Source: Anaerolineae bacterium
Lineage (GTDB): Bacteria; Chloroflexota; Anaerolineae; UBA1429
DNA length: 64,000 bases
Direction: 5' to 3'
Assembly (NCBI GenBank): GCA_963675785.1
Contig: OY776562.1
Coordinates: forward strand, 2,592,001-2,656,000
In this document: positions 59,968 through 64,000 of the stretch, one piece after another
Numbering within the stretch: position 1 is the first letter of the stretch
How the letters are laid out: every line of letters begins with the position of its first letter
Made by a program: the position numbers and the translations under genes
Notes under the pieces: model-generated
Databases searched by the model: none
What the model was told of the DNA's origin: nothing
The model's input: the letters and a program-made list of their open reading frames with translations, nothing else

Positions 59968-60033
59968 GTGTGGAACGGGCAATGCCCGAGCTTTGACGGA
60001 TATGGCAGGGGTGGCTATAATGGACGAGTATTT

Positions 60034-60106
60034 GAGCCGTTAGCTCAGTCGGCAGAGCCCCTGCCTTTTAAGCAGGTTGTCGTGGGTTCAAGTCCCACAC
60101 GGCTCA
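60034..60106 (+). tRNA. tRNA-Lys(TTT)
   Basis: GAGCCGT-TAGCTCAGTCGGCAGAGC, anticodon arm CCTGC-CTTTTAA-GCAGG, GGTTCAAGTCC; upstream TTGACG-17-TATAAT. Confidence 0.92.
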
Positions 60107-60108
60107 CT

Positions 60109-60140
60109 AGGGGTCGATCAAAAATGATCGACCCCTCTTT
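60109..60140. terminator. Terminator after tRNA-Lys
   Basis: AGGGGTCGATCA-aaaa-TGATCGACCCCT-CTTT. Confidence 0.78.
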
Positions 60141-61353
60141 AGTAGCAGAAACTATCGACCAAGTTCCCCTCGGCATCATAAAGATAGCCACAATCGTGCG
60201 TGTTACGCCACACAGGCACCGTACTGCCAAAAGTACAGCCCGCGCAGGAATTCTCGTGCACCTCGTTGGTGTAAATGCGGCAGCGTCCATAACGCGGTAA
60301 TATCGCGTCCTCTGGAAAAATCACATCCTGTCCCTCTTGGCCAGCATTCAACTGCCATCCAGCAAGGCTCACTGGCCCACCGTAATTGATCAATTCGCAG
60401 TATTCATCACTCTCTGTCTGGGGCACCTCCCCATCGGCGTGGATACTGGAAATGCGCACATCAGGGGCATCCAAATCGGCCCAAGCTACTAGGGGGATCG
60501 TTACCTGACAGACCGGCTCTGCCTCGGCATAGACGCGATAGCCGTAAGCGCCGATATCAATACGGATGTTCCCCTGTAAATCCGTGCGATACGTTGTGAT
60601 ATCATTATCTACCAGGCGATCCAGAATCACTGGCGAAGGCTCCTCGCCGCAAGAGATGATCGCTGCCTCGGGTGAAACTGCGTCCAGCAGACCAGTCGAA
60701 GTCGAAGTGATAGTCCCATGGTTGCCTAATTTAATCACCTCGGCTGTGAGAGATTGCCCTGAAGCAAGCAATGAATTTTCGGCATCCCAACCTGCATCTC
60801 CCATTAGGAGCACATCTACATTCCCCCGAGAAAGCATGACCACCAACGAGTTTTCACCCGCGTCTCCATAGTCCTGTTCGGGGTGCAGCACAGTGAGGAT
60901 ATTCAACCCCCAGGTAAGCGTGTCGTCTTGACCAACACCAACCAAGGGAACCGTTTCACTGGCTGCTGCTGCCAACACGTTGTTCATCAAGCCGGAAGTG
61001 CTGGCGAATCCATTAAAGACAATCGCGCCAACCGGCAAGGTGTGCAGCAATTCCGGCAATCCGCCGCCATGCTCCTCACGGTCGCAGGTCCAGAGCACAC
61101 TATCTAGGTAATTCACGCCCTCCAATGCCGAAAGCACCAGCGCCAGGTGTTCAGCATCACCGGTATCGATCAGGCCGTTGAACCCAGATTCATCGCGCAC
61201 CCAAATCGCATCTCCCTGAGATACATCTAAAAAAGTGATGTGTGTATCTGCGAAAATTCGCCAGGGTAAAAATAAATCAAAGACAAATACGCATCCTACT
61301 AGGAAAAGTAAAATGCGCTCTTTTATGCTTTGATCTGAAAATTTATCTTTCAT
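60139..61353 (-). CDS. Exported ComEC/Rec2-like metallo-beta-lactamase-fold protein (degenerate metal site) with lamin-tail domain
   Basis: N-terminal TM; FLDVSQGDA, LIDTG, NSLV, LMGDA, RTDLQG; C-terminal EYCELIN...LAGWQL...WRN..D..YLYD..G.LVD. Confidence 0.8.
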   Translation of the reverse strand: MKDKFSDQSIKERILLFLVGCVFVFDLFLPWRIFADTHITFLDVSQGDAIWVRDESGFNGLIDTGDAEHLALVLSALEGVNYLDSVLWTCDREEHGGGLPELLHTLPVGAIVFNGFASTSGLMNNVLAAAASETVPLVGVGQDDTLTWGLNILTVLHPEQDYGDAGENSLVVMLSRGNVDVLLMGDAGWDAENSLLASGQSLTAEVIKLGNHGTITSTSTGLLDAVSPEAAIISCGEEPSPVILDRLVDNDITTYRTDLQGNIRIDIGAYGYRVYAEAEPVCQVTIPLVAWADLDAPDVRISSIHADGEVPQTESDEYCELINYGGPVSLAGWQLNAGQEGQDVIFPEDAILPRYGRCRIYTNEVHENSCAGCTFGSTVPVWRNTHDCGYLYDAEGNLVDSFCY

Positions 61354-61509
61354 GAGAGCACAATAATTGATGAAAAAAGGTACGTCAAGCAACTTGCGAT
61401 ATTGACAGTTTTGCGCAGGCCGTGCTATCGTCATAGCCATAAAGGAATGGGCGGAGAGTTCGATGGTGAAATCTCCGGATGCTGCAGAGATGATAGAGGG
61501 TACGTTGGC

Positions 61510-61854
61510 ATGCGCAGAATTGACTGGGAATGCCCCGAGTGCGGACTCGTTATTAGCGGAATCACACCTCCCCAAGAATGCCCTGCTTGTGGCGAACTTG
61601 GAGAACTCTTTGAGCCAGTCGAATATGACATGGATGATGACGAATGGCTTGAAGAGGAATTGGAGGAAGAAGTCGATGATGAGAGCGACATCGATGAGGT
61701 GGATGCTGTTGTAGAAGAAGATGAAGATGAGGTCGACCTCGACGAAGAAGACCAGGCCATATTGAGGGCTGTCCATGAGGTCTTTGGCCTTGATGAGGAG
61801 GATGACGAGGACGAAGATATCGACCTTGATCTTGACCTCGAAGAATTCGAATAG
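61510..61854 (+). CDS. Rubredoxin-like zinc ribbon with very acidic C-terminal tail
   Basis: WECPECG.....PP.ECPACG...F; 45 of the last 75 residues are Asp/Glu. Confidence 0.8.
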   Translation: MRRIDWECPECGLVISGITPPQECPACGELGELFEPVEYDMDDDEWLEEELEEEVDDESDIDEVDAVVEEDEDEVDLDEEDQAILRAVHEVFGLDEEDDEDEDIDLDLDLEEFE

Positions 61855-61871
61855 ACATGCCCCGCATAAGT

Positions 61872-61901
61872 GGCGCCGGCATACATGCCGGCGCTCTTTT
61901 T
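61872..61901 (+). terminator. Intrinsic terminator
   Basis: GCGCCGGCAT/ATGCCGGCGC followed by TCTTTTT. Confidence 0.7.
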
Positions 61902-61934
61902 ATTGGGTATGGCAGACGCAACGGAGATTAATTA

Positions 61935-64000
61935 ATGGATTTCACCCGGGGATTGAACGCTGTTCAAGCCAAGGCCGTACTCGCCAGCGACGGCCCTGTT
62001 CTCGTATTGGCAGGCCCCGGCTCTGGCAAGACCCGTGTACTAACTCATCGTGTCGCGCATCTCATTGAGAATGAGGGGGTTTATCCCTACCGCATTCTCG
62101 CTGTGACTTTTACTAACAAAGCGGCACGAGAAATGGTCTCTCGTCTGGAGACACTCATTGGACCGGCCACGAAAGACCTAACCATTGGTACATTCCATGC
62201 TATCTGTGCTGGCATTCTGCGACGTGAGGCAGAACACCTGGGCATCTCGCGCAACTATGTCATCTATGACGCCGATGACCAGCGGCGGCTTGTCACTCGT
62301 ATTCTCAAACAGCTCAACGTCGATTCCAAGCAGTTCGCGCCCAATGCAATGCAAGCGGCGATCTCACGGGCCAAGAACGACCTGCAGACACCCGATACTT
62401 TTGCGCCAGTGACCTATCGCATGGAGATCGTCAGCCGTGTATTCAGACAATACGAGCAAGAAAAGGCGGCCAGCAAGGCCCTGGATTTTGATGACCTGCT
62501 GGTCAAAGCGGAAGAGCTCTTTCGCGAGCATGACGATGTGCGCGAGCGCTACCAGCACCGCTACCGCTATGTACTGGTAGACGAGTTCCAGGACACCAAC
62601 CGTGCCCAATACGAGATCGTTCACCATCTGGCTGGTCAGAAAGCTAATGTCTTTGTCGTTGGCGATGAAGACCAGAGCATCTACAGCTGGCGCGGAGCTG
62701 ATTACCGCAACGTGAACCTTTTTCGAGAATCCTATCCAAAGGCACAAACCTACGTCCTAGAACAGAATTATCGTTCCACTGGTACTATTCTTGCCGCAGC
62801 CCAAGCCGTTATTGGCAAAAACCGACACCGTATCCCCAAACAACTTTGGACAGAGAATCCCACAGGGGAACAGATTCATCTTTTCGAGGCCTATGACGAG
62901 AACGAAGAGGCCGAATATGTGGCGCAGCAAATGGCGTCATTGGCGCTACGTGGACAGGGTGAGTATGGCGAATGTGCCGTCATGTTCCGAACCAATGCTC
63001 AATCGCGTGCGCTGGAGCAGGCGCTGTCGAGCCACCGCATTCCCTACCGCCTGGTGGGCGCTGTACGCTTTTACCAGCGGCGAGAGATCAAGGACGTGCT
63101 TGGCTATCTCCGTCTCGTCTTTAATCCAGACGATGAAGAAGCCCTACGGCGCGTCATCAACGTACCCACACGGGGCATCGGTGCCCGTACCATCGAAGCA
63201 CTGGAATCCACAGCCGCTCGCAGGGGGATGTCGCTGGGTTCTTGTCTCTTACAAATCGCCCAGGTTGCTGAAACATCGCCAGAGAAGCTGAACCTCGATA
63301 GCAGGCCGCGCAAGCTACTGGCCAATTTCGGCAGCAGCCTTCAGGGTCTTGTCGCCGTTCACGACCAAATAGTCCCTTCTGAATTGCTGCGCCAGGTACT
63401 GGACAAGACAGGTTATCTCGATTACCTGAATGACGGCACTGACGAAGGAACCGAGCGCATCGAAAACGTCCGGGAGCTCTTTACGGCGATGGAACGCTAT
63501 GATGGTTTGCCGTTAGAATCCGCCCTGCCAGCCTTTTTACAGGAAGTGGCCCTCGTCGCTGATATTGACGAACTTGATGACCAGACCAGTGCCGCGACGC
63601 TGCTCACGCTGCATTCGGCCAAGGGCTTGGAATACGATACCGTGTTCATTGTCGGTATGGAAGAGGGCATTTGCCCACACATCCGCTCGCTAGAAGACCC
63701 CGATGCCATGGAAGAAGAGCGTCGGTTGTGCTATGTCGGCATCACCCGCGCCCGTAAACATCTCTACCTGGTGCGCACCTTTAGGCGTACGTTGTACGGC
63801 AGCTCCGAGGTCAAAGAACCCTCGCGCTTTTTGCTCGACATCCCTGCCGAACTTTTGGATAACCCACTGCGCTCCCGCAGTACGGTTCGCCAAACACCGA
63901 GCTTTAGCTACAACTCGGACGATCGCCGCTCCCTCTATGCCGAGCGGCAACGTCGCGTGCAACGCCAGCGGCAAACCTTGGATGAGGATGATACCGAAAG
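61935..64000 (+). CDS. pcrA: ATP-dependent DNA helicase PcrA/UvrD (runs off the window end)
   Basis: LAGPGSGKTRVLT, TFTNKAAREM, VDEFQDTN, GDEDQSIYSWRGA, LEQNYRST, TLHSAKGLE, EEERRLCYVGITRA. Confidence 0.95.
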   Translation, partial: MDFTRGLNAVQAKAVLASDGPVLVLAGPGSGKTRVLTHRVAHLIENEGVYPYRILAVTFTNKAAREMVSRLETLIGPATKDLTIGTFHAICAGILRREAEHLGISRNYVIYDADDQRRLVTRILKQLNVDSKQFAPNAMQAAISRAKNDLQTPDTFAPVTYRMEIVSRVFRQYEQEKAASKALDFDDLLVKAEELFREHDDVRERYQHRYRYVLVDEFQDTNRAQYEIVHHLAGQKANVFVVGDEDQSIYSWRGADYRNVNLFRESYPKAQTYVLEQNYRSTGTILAAAQAVIGKNRHRIPKQLWTENPTGEQIHLFEAYDENEEAEYVAQQMASLALRGQGEYGECAVMFRTNAQSRALEQALSSHRIPYRLVGAVRFYQRREIKDVLGYLRLVFNPDDEEALRRVINVPTRGIGARTIEALESTAARRGMSLGSCLLQIAQVAETSPEKLNLDSRPRKLLANFGSSLQGLVAVHDQIVPSELLRQVLDKTGYLDYLNDGTDEGTERIENVRELFTAMERYDGLPLESALPAFLQEVALVADIDELDDQTSAATLLTLHSAKGLEYDTVFIVGMEEGICPHIRSLEDPDAMEEERRLCYVGITRARKHLYLVRTFRRTLYGSSEVKEPSRFLLDIPAELLDNPLRSRSTVRQTPSFSYNSDDRRSLYAERQRRVQRQRQTLDEDDTE

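Noticed and set aside
54237-60140. Genomic island integrated at tRNA-Thr or tRNA-Lys
   Set aside because: No integrase or duplicated tRNA 3' end seen; the interval contains core asnS
61354-61776. N-terminal 141 aa of the 545-aa minus-strand ORF
   Set aside because: Antisense to the acidic rubredoxin-like gene; the real start is probably ATG 61353 before the TM helix
61955-61965. GAAC-GCT-GTTC near the pcrA start as an SOS box
   Set aside because: Spacer is 3 nt rather than 4 and the site lies within the coding sequence

Overview
Chromosomal window of about 53% GC (estimated by eye) from a probable anaerobic Chloroflexota (Anaerolineae-like) bacterium; the taxon is inferred from protein styles and the GAAC-N4-GTTC SOS box. 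No prophage, transposase or CRISPR array was seen. It is mostly housekeeping: a sugar-phosphate cluster, ftsK, an S1 protein, an argC-B-D-A-G-H operon, nfo, trxA, dnaE, lexA, birA, rplU-rpmA-rpmE, tdk, malic enzyme, era, rdgB, comF, the pgeF-yggS-proC-yggT cluster, RNase P RNA, three tRNAs (Val-CAC, Thr-CGT, Lys-TTT), asnS and a truncated pcrA. The most interesting signals are: (1) a complete ribosome-mediated transcription attenuator (Arg/AGG-rich leader peptide with 1:2, 2:3 and 3:4 hairpins) in front of the arginine operon; (2) an encapsulin nanocompartment locus with a tandem bacterioferritin-like cargo, rubredoxin, three further ferritin-like proteins, a 2-oxoacid:ferredoxin oxidoreductase and a glutaredoxin-PDZ fusion; (3) a 16/17-identical CsoR-type operator shared by that locus and a distant trxA-fmdB-csoR operon whose repressor lacks the Cu-binding His; (4) a probable UGA-Sec recoding with a SECIS-like hairpin in the FmdB protein; (5) a pseudo-phosphatase membrane protein divergent from lexA, plus several unusual fusions and pseudoenzymes.
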